Shown piece after piece: positions 13,301-25,400 of a DNA stretch of 64,000 bases. Position 1 is the first letter of the stretch; every line of letters begins with the position of its first letter. Below the pieces are notes generated by a model that searched no databases, was not told the origin of the DNA, and saw only the letters and a program-made list of their open reading frames with translations. This DNA comes from Bugula neritina. Lineage: Eukaryota > Animalia > Bryozoa. The stretch is taken from assembly GCA_964035545.1 (NCBI GenBank), contig OZ037767.1, forward strand, positions 28,474,628-28,538,627, in the 5' to 3' direction. A program made the translations under genes and the position numbers.

Positions 13301-15314
13301 TAGACCGTGTTCTAACTCGTTCAGAGAGAATGTTTAGAGACATGTCCGAAGTTTTGACTAATGTACTTAGGAACAGAGCTGAGAGAGTGGCTAATGAGTC
13401 AGAAAATGATGAGTTTGACCTTGAGTCTAATGCCAGCCAATCAGATCAGGTATTTCTAATGTTTGCACTCTTAAACAGCTAATCAGATTGGATATTTCTA
13501 ATATTATGTACTATAATATAATTTAGATTTTAAAATAAGCATTTCTATAAGGATATTAACTGTTCGATTGTTTAGGAAGATGTCATGCCCTGCACCACTA
13601 GTTCAGAAGAAAACTGTCCCAGCATGCACCAGTCAAATGTCTATAATGGGCATCGCAATCAGCGAACAGCAGTATGTATAATATATGTAATGTAATAACA
13701 GATGTAGTGTATATATATTTGTATTACTTTCTAGTAGTATCAGTAATCAGGTTATGTACTTGAATATAATTCTTGTGTCTACTATGTGTTTCCTGTGGTG
13801 TATTGCTTATATTCAGTGTGCACACTTAGAGGAGTGTATTTTAGTCTCTATAATAAACTTATACAGATCAAACAGTGTGCTTACTGGGGAGAAGATCTGA
13901 TTGTCGCAGGCTCAGATTGTGGACACATATTCTTCTGGAACCGTAATACCAGGCAATTAATTCATGTAGCAGAAGGCGATAAGCGGGTGGTCAATTGTGT
14001 GCAGCCCCACCCTTACCATGCAGGTTTGTAGATTTGAAACTAATCAGTTTTTATAAGGTTTTGTGTTTCCATGCATTCAAAGCTAATGGTTACCTTTTAT
14101 TGACTTTGAGAAAACTCATTTTATATGCATTATATTCAGCTGTAACGCTTTTTACCTTAATTTTTCTTACTTTTTTACATAAATATGCTGCTAGGAGGTG
14201 TTGCTAATGGTTGCTCTTGTGAAAAAATTTGAAACGACCATTGAAGTTTATTTCATCATTTTTGTGAACATAATACTGCCATCAAGTGTAGGAAATGCTA
14301 GCCATAGTAAGTGACTCAACTGTGTAATAAAAATAGGTTGTAAAATATTCATCTGATGGAACACCACTGGCTGATTGTTGTTATGTTATGAATCACTGGT
14401 TTTACAATTTGTCTTGCAGTTTTAGCTACAAGTGGCATAGCTTATGATATAAAGGTGTGGGAACCTGTGGCCAGTGACTTTGATGAAGAGAAGCACTCTA
14501 ACTATATGAATGAGGTGAGACAAGATCATAGTAGTTATCAGAGGTTATATGGAATAAAAAGGCAGAATAGAGATATACAAGTGTTATTTTTTAAGCTCTG
14601 CTTTATTTAAATGAGGTATTTAATTTGCAGTCAACACAGTAGTTTCTTTCTTTTGGACATTGCATTCCAATTGCCAAGTATGTTTTCCTCTGTAGCTGCG
14701 TATACGTTCTTCCTGGAAATCAATTCAACTAAAGTCTAAACTAAGGATAAACTTGTATGAAAAATGTCAGAATATTTGACATGTGATTTCAGGTGCTGAC
14801 TAGGAATCAGAAGATGTTGGAAGAAGCTGAAGATGTTGTGACTTTACCTGCTAGATTTGTAGTCCCGTTGATAGCATTACTATCTAGGAGAGAGCGTGCA
14901 AGCAGTGGCAATGCAGGTAATGCTGTTATACTACTTTTCCTGTTATCACAGCAACTAGGAAACTAAGTTATGGATCACTGAAGTTTCTAGTGATATGGCT
15001 TCTGAAACAGACATGTTTTCAGCCATTTGCTTCACTCTATCTATTGTGTTGTGGATACAGAATTTTCACAGTAAAAAGTGAATGACGCTTTTCTATATAA
15101 TATAAGCTCTCATTGGGTTATAGTCCTAATATTTTCAAGAGCCTATAGTGGGGGGGGGGGTGGGAGGTTCAAAAGAGAATATATGGCAACTTCATGTTAA
15201 AGGATATTTAGATGGTTCCTTTGATATTAGAGTCTGAAAGAATAGTCACATAATGACTAGATGCACAATCTTCTACTCTATGCTTTAATACCATTTCATT
15301 TTGTAGATGAATGA
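9068..15314 (+). CDS. DCAF6: DDB1- and CUL4-associated factor 6-like WD40 protein
   Basis: About 15 exons (9068-9134, 9356-9417, 9702-9794, 9937-10014, 10582-10686, 11020-11133, 11624-11762, ~12595-12746, 12920-13082, 13304-13449, 13576-13671, ~13868-14023, 14420-14514, 14793-14916, 15307-15314). They encode [73 protein letters not shown] and [13 protein letters not shown], as in DCAF6. Confidence 0.88.
9601..9708 (+). repeat. 18-bp minisatellite x6 spanning a DCAF6 splice acceptor
   Basis: (G/C)TGTTATnTAG|GTCAAC(T) units; the last copy supplies the true acceptor at 9701. Confidence 0.9.
10243..10338. repeat. (TG)n microsatellite grading into (TG/CG)n
   Basis: Directly visible in a DCAF6 intron. 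Confidence 0.98.
11759..12108 (+). repeat. 44-bp minisatellite x8 spanning a DCAF6 splice donor
   Basis: AATG|GTGAGTAT recurs at ~11759, 11800, 11844, 11888, 11932, 11976, 12020 (variant GTGGGT) and 12064. Confidence 0.95.
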
Positions 15315-16232
15315 ATAACTTAACCAGAAATCTCAGGCTTCTTTTCATCAGAATTACATGGCAATGCAATAGCAGTCATGGAGTATTAACAGAAGTATAG
15401 TATATTATGAATTCATGTAATGTATATATTACAGAAAATAATTTTTACAAAGTTTTTCCTTTGGAGTTTTATTGTATTTATTATATTACATTTACTTATT
15501 TAACCATTCATACACGCTATGATACTAATAATGTAGTACTCAATTTTTGTGTCTAAAGTTATTTGAACAGAAATCTCAAGTTTTTATGTTATACACAAAT
15601 AAATAAAACTATTAGAACATTAATACACTGGTGGCCATAATAGTGAAGAAGTAAAAAAATTATATTTATGATCAAAATTAATTAAATAAATAAATGTTAG
15701 AATTACATAAAATTTAATGAAATGCATTTTATAACTACTGCAAAATGTTTATACATTGGAGTGATTAGACAATTTTCAGGTGACAAGCATTCAAAAACAA
15801 TCGAAGCAACAATACCGTGATAATTCATTAAAATATTAATATTATAAAATTGATTATCTTGACATATGAAAAAAAAATCTGTTGAAACTAAAATGCAGCC
15901 AACATACTTTCAGGAAGCTGACAGTGTTTGTTACGTTGCTCAGTACTGATGAAAATTTCACACACAGTAATTGATTTACTGCACAATAGAGGCCCACGTG
16001 ATCACTGAGTGTGCAAAGGGAATTGATGATTGGAATGTAAAGACGTTCCCTTCAGTCAAGGCATATACACGTTTTGTAACTAACTAAGTTTTTGTTAATA
16101 TATAAAATAAAGTAGCAATAAATAAATGTGGCATAGAAGTTTGGCAAAATTTGTGTGCATCTTGGAATAACATCCATGAAAACTAAGAACCCGCTAGTTA
16201 TTACAGAGAGATAATTTAATACACTTCTGGAG

Positions 16233-19200
16233 TTATTTCTTCCCATGATGTCGTGGAATATTTCTGTAACATAAAAATTAGATACTTCAATGAAAACATA
16301 GAACAATAAAAACTATTAGAGGAACATTCTAAGTATTGTATGTCTATAGTTTTACTGAAATACTAATGTATATATATATATATATATAATATAATATATA
16401 ATATATATATATATAATATAATATATATATATATATAATATACTTTATAAAATGTAAAAATGATCACAGTGAAAATGTGCAATATTTGTCGACTGAAATA
16501 AATAGAATAATCAAATTAACAAAAACAACTTTAAATTCATTCCACCAGTCATCATACCAATAAATTTAAAAAAAGCATTGTAGTTCGGAATAATAAGTTT
16601 AAATCATCGCAAAGAGCCCGGAAGACGACAAAGATAGAGATTATGTTAATACTCACTCATAACACCATTCACTAATCCCTGTTCCATCCACAGCATTTAC
16701 TTTGTACACACACATCCTTTCAAACAGCTTAGCGCCGTGGCTGCTGTCGTCGCTAGAACTGCCGTCAATATCCCAACTACCGTCTGCTTTTCTATCTCTC
16801 ATGAAGAAGAAAGGTCTGCAGACGACAGTGCATGTCAAATCATATGTCTTACCACCTACACGCAATACAAATCATATGTCTTACCACCTACACACAATAC
16901 AAATCATATGTCTTACCACCTACACACAATACAAATCACATGTCTTACCACCTACATACAATACAAATCATATGTCTTACCACCTACACGCAATACAAAT
17001 CATATGTCTTACCACCTACATACAATACAAATCACATGTCTTACCACCTACATACAATACAAATCACATGTCTTACCACCTACACACAATACAAATCACA
17101 TGTCTTACCACCTACACACAATACAAATCACATGTCTTACCACCTACACGCAATACAAATCATATGTCTTACCACCTACATACAATACAAATCATATGTC
17201 TTACCACCTACATACAAGACAAACCGTATGTCTTACCACCTACACAAAATACAAATTACCTTCTAACAATAGCGAAAACTGTTTATTACAACACATAACA
17301 CTATTATAGCTTTATTATATTTTCTAAAAGTAAACAACATTTAAAGCAACCTCATGAAGAAACAGGTATAAGACGTGCAAGACATTTATAGGTTTGTATG
17401 ACATGTGGCTGATTAACAGAAAGTCTCAAGACTATAGCAATGCATTCATTATATTACCAGCACAAAATGAAAACCTCATGTTATCAGGAGGGTTGCCGTC
17501 ATCACCCCATTCATCAAACTGAAAACTAGTCCAGGAAACAGAGCTAAGTTGGCCTTGAGGTGTTATCACGTAACCCATAGTTAATCTGCAAGGAATGAAA
17601 ACACTGCAAAGCCTTCTAATAGCCTTCATGCAGGTTTCCTTCAACAATATATTACAAATTGAAAATTGACAAAAGCAAGAAACACACAAATAATTCTGAC
17701 TTGTATAGGAGTTGAAATATGCAAAATAAATATTTTAAATATGAAATATTCATTCACTATTTATTTGTTGATAAAGAGTTTGCTTGTTTCAAAAAAACCC
17801 AAAGATAGGAGCTCTTGAGTGGCTAATGATGAGAGGGTGTTCAGAAGTAGGACATAACCAAATGCCCTCCCTGACATCCCTAAACACCTTCTCCTTTCCA
17901 CTATTATATATTATCATTATTATTAAATTTTATGCATTTGGAAATAAATTTAACGATTGTTTGGAAAAATTTGAATTAGTTGCCCAACATTGAATAAAAA
18001 TGAACTGAATCCACACATGCACCTTTGACTGGCAGAGTTCTCAAAAAAGTTAACAAAAAAAATTTAATTAAGACAGTTACAAAGGTCACCTGCTCATGAG
18101 TTTAGGAATGCAGATGTTGCCCACAGCAATGTTAGTTCCGTCCTCCAGGTGGAGGTACTGTATGCCATATCTGAACAGATCTCTCCATTCCCTGATGTTA
18201 CCTTTAACATCACATATGAACTAGAGGTTGGTGGAATCAACATAAATAATATTCACACTAGATTCGACCCACAAAACAAAAGACAATAAGTAATCATATA
18301 TCAGAGTCTGAAACTAAACACATAATAAACAGAGACTCTCAAGCTATGCAGTATAGTATGCAGTATTATCAGCACCGTATGAATGATCTCTTAAACCATG
18401 CATCGACAAATCATATGAGCCATAACCCTCTATCTCTGCTTGACCTTTTAGCTCTCCAAACTGTTCATAGTGAGTTTGATGTCGCCTGCGTAGGTCAACA
18501 AAATAGAGATCAATGACCTTATAAAAACATTGTTGGGAGATGAGCAAGAAAAGTAGAGTCATGTCTATGAAGGGAAAATAAGAAGCTTCAAGTCAACAAC
18601 ACTTTGAAGAAATTAAATAACATTGAATATCAATATTATTACAAATTCTACTATAATATAGTAAAACTTGTAATAATATTGATATTCAATGTGATTTATC
18701 ATTAGGATTATATCAATATTTAATGTCTATCATAACAAACAAAGGGAAGCAATTTTTTATAATATGCATATATATGTATATCTATGCGTGCGAAGTGCGT
18801 GTATATATATATCTCAAAATAACATTTTTTTTATTATAAAATCTCACTGCTGAAGCTCATCAAACCAGGCCTTGGACCACTTTTCCCGAGCCATGGAATC
18901 ACAAGTTGCCCACTGATTCATGTCCGTATCAAAATCGAAATATGGTCCCACAGCCGTCCATTTCAGCTGAAACTTTACTTGATGTAATTTTCCTGTCTCT
19001 GTGTGTCTAAAACAAAATACACAAGACATTATAGTCTAACAGGCTGTGAATTAATCCTACATCAACACACAACACAATTGTAAACTGTGACATCATAACT
19101 ACAAGTATTGGTTCGCTATGGGTGTAGTATGCAACAATCACCGTAACATGCCGTCAAAGTCAATATTCCAGCATTTCATTGGCTCTTCCAGGGAGATACT

Positions 19201-20447
19201 GAGACCAGAGGTTGAGTAAGAGAGAGGTCGTGACTCTGGTGAGAGGGTGTTAGGGTGTAGTGGAAGTTCCAGCAAACCAACGCCTGGCACCTACAGTTTA
19301 TAACCAAAATATGCACACTAATTTATATGGCACAACAATTAAATACTCAATAAAACCAAATAAACTGAAAAGCAAACCCACAAAAATGCTGTTGTGTATA
19401 TACATAGTAGCTGCATCTAACGTTACAATATTCTTGTAATACGCACTCTCAACTTACCCTGAAGTACGTGAGTATCTGTATCATACCTCCCTGTCTCCTA
19501 GCTGTGGCTGTTACCAAGTAATACCCAGCCTTGTTGGACGAGGCAAAGTAAACCGCATCTACAGCCTGAGAGAAAACATATTTGTTTATTTATATACATC
19601 ATAACTCATCATATGATATCTAAAACAGGGAGCCAATCAACTCTCTTGATACATCATTTTGCTTTACTCAATTTTAAAACTTGTACTGCACAATAAATAT
19701 GAGATGACATTAACTAACCATGGGATGCTGTGTTGCATCTGGCAGCACCTGCACCTGCTCCATGTCAGCAACAGATGCTTTCGACTTGACACCATAGCCG
19801 GCTACTTCCCCAGTGTGGGCAGAGTTCGACTTCCTTAAAGAGCGCAGTTTGAATATGATCCAGAAGATCACATACTGCAAGAGTAGATAATTCTAACCTT
19901 ACACAAGTAAAACAATAGACACTATCATGTTATCTACATTTACACACAGACGTCATTCCTAATCCCAAGTGTATCGAGCAGAATATAAATTATGTTAGAA
20001 TTATTACTAGAGTAATGATAATCATCAGGCAGGTAATTTATTGTGGCATAGATATTGCTAATTTAAGTATTTTGAATGCGACAAAAGCATGTCCTTGCAC
20101 CCTGCATCAGGTCTATACAGCTGTTACAATATCTGTTTAGTATTTGTTGTCACCATGATGTATAAGCAAAAATTTTAGATTGGTGAATATCCACAAGTTA
20201 AACAGAAATGAAGAAAACTTGCACCAAATACTTTTTTACTGGGACTTAAATGGTATTAGCATAAATTAGGTTGGGCAATTTAAAGTTTCATGTCACACTG
20301 ATGGTTCACAGATGGAGATTTTACCTTGATATAATAGTATTTGCCTTTTTGTTTATAAATTCCTCGAATAGCCTCTTGATCTTTAGAAAACACGATATAA
20401 ACTACTATTGCTCCTGCAATAAGGCCCACAGCAGCTGTCCACTCCAT
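16233..20447 (-). CDS. Uncharacterised protein with N-terminal hydrophobic anchor and YFDFD / HYEQFG / RDHSYG..REW motifs
   Basis: Ten phase-consistent exons from ATG 20447 (MEWTAAVGLIAGAIVVYIVF) through AVDAVYF, YFDFDTDM, RHQTHYEQFG, RDHSYGNIREW, LTMGYV and GISEWCY, to a probable last exon 16263-16233 (NIPRHHGKK*). The terminal exon is the least certain part. Confidence 0.8.
16836..17255 (-). repeat. 32-bp minisatellite x13 spanning a splice acceptor
   Basis: ACCACCTAC recurs every 32 nt from 16851 to 17235. The minus-strand unit reads ...tgtag|GTGGTAAGACATATGATTTG. Confidence 0.97.
18620..18692 (-). other. Intronic inverted repeat (35-bp arms, 3-nt loop)
   Basis: ACATTGAATATCAATATTATTACAA pairs perfectly with TTGTAATAATATTGATATTCAATGT; the inner 10 bp have 2 mismatches. 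Confidence 0.9.
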
Positions 20448-22440
20448 TTGAAGCTTAGTCAACTGAAAGAAAATTTTAATTTACAATATATGACTGAAAA
20501 TTAATAATGATAAGAAGGCTTCAAGGTATTTTATAGCTTAACAATTGCTAATCATATACTGATTACTTCCCGGGTCAAAGTTTGCATTACGATTTTGGGT
20601 TTGAGTTACACTTGCAATAAAATATTTTTAAAAAATTAGCAATGCTTTATGACCAAATTACAACAACTTCCTAATGATGATCATTTTTAATTTGATAATG
20701 AAACTCATAGTAATAGTTAGACGTAAGACTAAGAATGATAGTCATAGTGATAGTGATAGTAAGACCGAGACTAATAATTTATAAATAATATTAACTGGTA
20801 TTGAGAACAGTTGATTATAACTATCGATAGATAATCATAATACATGTTGTTGCACCATTTTACAATGCTTTTTGCAACTATTATAATTGCCTAACTTAAA
20901 GTTAATGCCTAAATTGTCAAACATGTTGCAAAATTAAAGCGAAGGTGATTTTGAGTTTCTAGGTTGTCTTTGCAGTTTCCGGAATTAACTGTTTAGCGAA
21001 CTATAACTAAAATTATACCAATACTATAGTTTTGTTGCTGGGTTGGTTTAGTTATTGTTGCTTTAATTTTTATTGTTGCAATAATTTGTAATTACATTTA
21101 TAAATTTGTTATTTATGTTAAAAAAATATAACTTTGACAACACTTTGTAAATAATCTTCCATAGAATCTGCGGTTCTACTTTTGATAAGACAACTCTATA
21201 TTTATAGTATGCATTTTTTAAGGTTCAAAAGCAAATATAGTATGAGGGTTGAGGCTCTATAAAGTATAGACAATAAGCCACAATAATCATTGTTAAATGT
21301 TATGTGTTGCAATTATAGTTTAATTCTATGCATATTTACAGCTTTATACTTCATTAAATAAAGTTGGCTTTCTCCATCAAGCAATAATTATAACCATTTA
21401 GGTTTTGATGGCTCACAAATTCTAAGTTATTTACATGAACACTTAATTTTGATTTGTAAAACTCATAAAACTCTATAGAACTACCATTCATTTTAGACCG
21501 TAAGATACCAAGTTCTATAAGCCGCAAACGTTCAGTAACTGTTGAATGTAGGCTGTTTATTGATCACTATTTAGTTACAGGAAGAGGAACAATTTGTTTA
21601 TAGCTTTGACTATATACTACATCACTTATAAAACAACATAGGGAAATGCAGTGGCTAGTTTATCAGTTTTTCTATTTATTTTTAGAGAGTAGTCATGAAC
21701 TTATTTGACACTTGGTCTACTATTTCTATCTAAAAATCTTAAATGAGTATAAAAAACACAAAGTTTTATGAACTTTACACCTGACTATTTTTTGAATAGA
21801 TAATTTGTTCTTCTGCTTATTAAGTATTTTACTTTTTGTCAACATCAGTTCACAGTTCTACCATATTGTATTTATTACTTATGTTCTACTGCAGGTTAAA
21901 TTACATCAATCATATTCTAAGCAGGAAAGCTGCCTACTGCTTTGTTTGTGCTGGCTTGTATTTCTCATAGAAGTGCCAGTTACCCATGGTCTAGTGCTCA
22001 TATCTGCTCTGAGATTGAATTAAGAATTTCAATTATTCATTAATAGACTCTTGAAAAATACTCAATAGTTGCTAAAATAGAGTGATAATCAATAACACGT
22101 TGCTGTGATTTGTCGTTGAGACTTGAGATTATAGAATACAGCTAAAAGCTCTGAACTTGTGACAACAAAATCACATTAATGCACTCAATTACGTTAGCCT
22201 AAGCTCCATGAATACGGCTAAATTGAACAAAGCCATTCTATATAAAATACCATATAAAAAACCATTTTATGTTTAGCACTGAAGGTCAATGATATTATAA
22301 GCCTCTGTGCTAAAAACCTACAAAAAAATGCTTGTGAGTTTCAACAATAATGTGTCTGAATAATTAATTTGAGAAAAATCACAACTATGTAGTACATATA
22401 TCTAACAACTGGTATTTTATTCCCAACAGTAGGCGTTTGC

Positions 22441-25400
22441 TTAAACAATGTTCGGATGTTCGGTCAACGGAAGATCCGAGCTCCAGGCATGATAAGGAAG
22501 GGGTTCAAAGGTCAAAATAGATCTGCTATTTTTTTCATGTTCCTTTGATGAGGGAAAGATCTTGTTAGCTATCTGGTTTATGTTCATCACAATAGATTTT
22601 CTGTGCAGCATCTTCCCTCCACAAGATGGTATAGTAGCTGTTGGGTTGCCTACAACAACAAATATGCCATTGGTCATAATAAGTACAGTGCCGGCAAAAA
22701 GTCTGGAATATTTCACTTATGAACAAGTTTTGAACTGTTAGTCAGAATTAATGTGCCCTAGCAATATTTAGGGTTGTTTGTTCATTGTATATATTTATAT
22801 TTTGTTATTCTATGCATCATAAAGACAACATTTCATAACTTTGTATTTGAACAACAGTATAGTTGTATTTGGCGAAACCAATAGCCTAGTTGATCTTATG
22901 ATGTTGCATATCACATTAACAAGCAATAAAATGCTTCTGTCATCTGTTTAAAAGATATAATGTTGTTTCCAGTCCCCAATATGATAGAATAGGCCATTTT
23001 CAAATTTTAATTAAAGCAATTTACTATAATATATTCATGCAGAGGCTAGATAACTATTAAAACCATTGGAAATCGTTAAAATGGAAAAGTTTTAAGATGT
23101 ATGCAATGAGGTGTTGTCATCAAAATTCTTGGTACATTATAAATTCAGAAATAAAATATATTACAGAAAAAGTATTAAAAGCAATTTACAGCAAGTTGAG
23201 TGTTGCAGATAATTGACTGACCTTCTTGAAGGTAACTGTAGACCCTTTGACCTCTAGAAATGACCAAATTTAAAAGCGAGAGATCTAGTCTGAAGAATCC
23301 ACTGAAAGGGTTATCCAAATCAGCAATCACAAAACAGAGTATGGAAATTGAAAAGACTGTGATCATGCAAATAGCCAGGGAGAGAAATGTAGATTGGGTG
23401 CTTATCAATGCCACCCCAAAGAAGGAGAAGAACCCCAGAAGCTCTAAAAATGTCCATCTACAAGAAATAAATTGCAAAATGTCATAAATAAGTTGAATGT
23501 ATAGAAAAAATTTATTTCAAGTATAATTTTAACTACTTTTATTACTAATTACAACCAGCAGGTTAATTCCTAATGTTGAAGCTTATGTATAATAATTATA
23601 CAAATGTACCAGTTTAAGTCTGGTAGAATATTGAGTATTTTCCTTTTAGAAAACTTTCTAAACATGTTTGGTTAATTGAATATAGTCATTAGTGTGTGGG
23701 CTATAAATACCAGTCATTTAATTATTATTTCAGGTTTCTAAAAATAGTACGGTGTAATATATCATGAGAAAAGTTGGAACAGGACCATTTTTTTAACCTA
23801 AAACAATATTTCCGCATAAAATATTTTAAAATCAACAGAATCTACTCTGAAGACTAACATTAGATATAAATATCACCATATAACTACTAGCATGTATATA
23901 TTATATTTTATATTATATTGCATAATGTATGGTATACGTATACGGGCAGTTACTCACTTGACAGGATAGATTTTAGCCCTAAGACCAGAGTATATTGTAT
24001 ATGTATACGGGCAGATACTCACTTGACAGGGTGGATCTTAGCCCGAAGACCAGAGTATATTGTATATGTGTACGGGCAGTTACTCACTTGACGGGGTGGA
24101 TCTTAGCCCGAAGACCAGAGTCATTGTCAGAACAAATGCTGTTTAATGAAATCATGTGACTGAGTATTTGTTGAATTATATGCTGTGTGATGTAATCAGG
24201 AGAAGTCTCTCTGGATATTTGTTTCAGCAAATCAACTATTTCCCATATTTGAACTGAAATTATATAACATAATAAGATTATTATACAAAATAAATTAGTG
24301 GTATTTGATATACAGGAAGAATCAATACAAGTAAAGTGTATCATGCATGTAATTACATTTCTTATATTTATACTGTATAACAAACAAATAACAACTACAA
24401 AGTGTAACATGTATATGATAATAAATGATGTTAAATAACAGAGAACTAAAGATTTCAAGTTTACTATGTCTACAGCATTGATTATTCGACTTATATAAGA
24501 AAAATGTAGAAAGAATCGTCTGCCAAAGAAAAGATACCAATATAATACACGCACAAAAATGTTCATTTATTTTTTCACCATATTTATACTTTATATAACA
24601 AAGTTGTGTATTGTTCTCCATCTTAATCAAGATGGAAATTTGCTTTTCAAGTGATTTCAAAACATATAATGCAATTGACTTTAACAAAATTCAAATTAAG
24701 AAAAGATCAAAGTCAATTAATGTAATTTGTATAAAATGGTCTCTCATTTCTGTTTTATGTATTTGTGTCAAGTAGACTAGCTGCTTGTGCAGTTGAATAT
24801 TCATCATATTTTGAACTGCTGCAACACACCAACCTTTGACATCAACTGGAGGTTTATTGACAAAGGAATCCGGTTCTTTGCCTTCTATTTGCAACAGCAG
24901 GTAAATTATTTCTGACTTCACAGCCTGAAGCACAGCAAGTGTTTCGTATTAATTTGTTTTTCTTTCAACAGTTAAATTTAAAGTAGGCTTTATAAAGAAA
25001 ATAATATGAACTTGAAAGTGGTCAGCAAATATTTTTCATTGACTTTTCGTTTTTATCCTCACAACAAATACTGTTTGTGCTTACAATTTAAATAATAGAT
25101 AAAGATAATGAATAACGTGTTTCAGTTTACTTTGTGTGAATGTATGTCAGCCAAGTTCAATAATGTGGTTGGCTTCACATATGAAAAGTAGAATCATTTT
25201 TATGGAACTTATGACCTTATTGAGATAAAATATACAAAGTTGCAAATTACAAATAATCAATTTTATCAGCTAGAAATATCTCTTTTGAACTTTTTGCTTT
25301 GCCTGTATTAAGACTTGACTAACAAATTTTACCAAGTTGTTGAGCTCTTTAATAATGACATTATCTAAATAGCCAAAAAGACTTCAGCAAAAAATACGTT

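Noticed and set aside
16702-17309. Plus-strand repetitive ORFs (144-198 aa)
   Set aside because: Antisense translation of the 32-bp minisatellite; the real gene is on the minus strand.
21805-22023. Short ORF as a separate gene
   Set aside because: No recognisable motif or linked exons; it lies in the probable 3' region of paralog A.
24084-24687. Hydrophobic ORF extensions (24084-24566, 24322-24687, 61623-62051) as extra TM exons
   Set aside because: AT-rich intron read-through upstream of a clear acceptor; an indel between paralogs and frame-independent similarity fit intron conversion.
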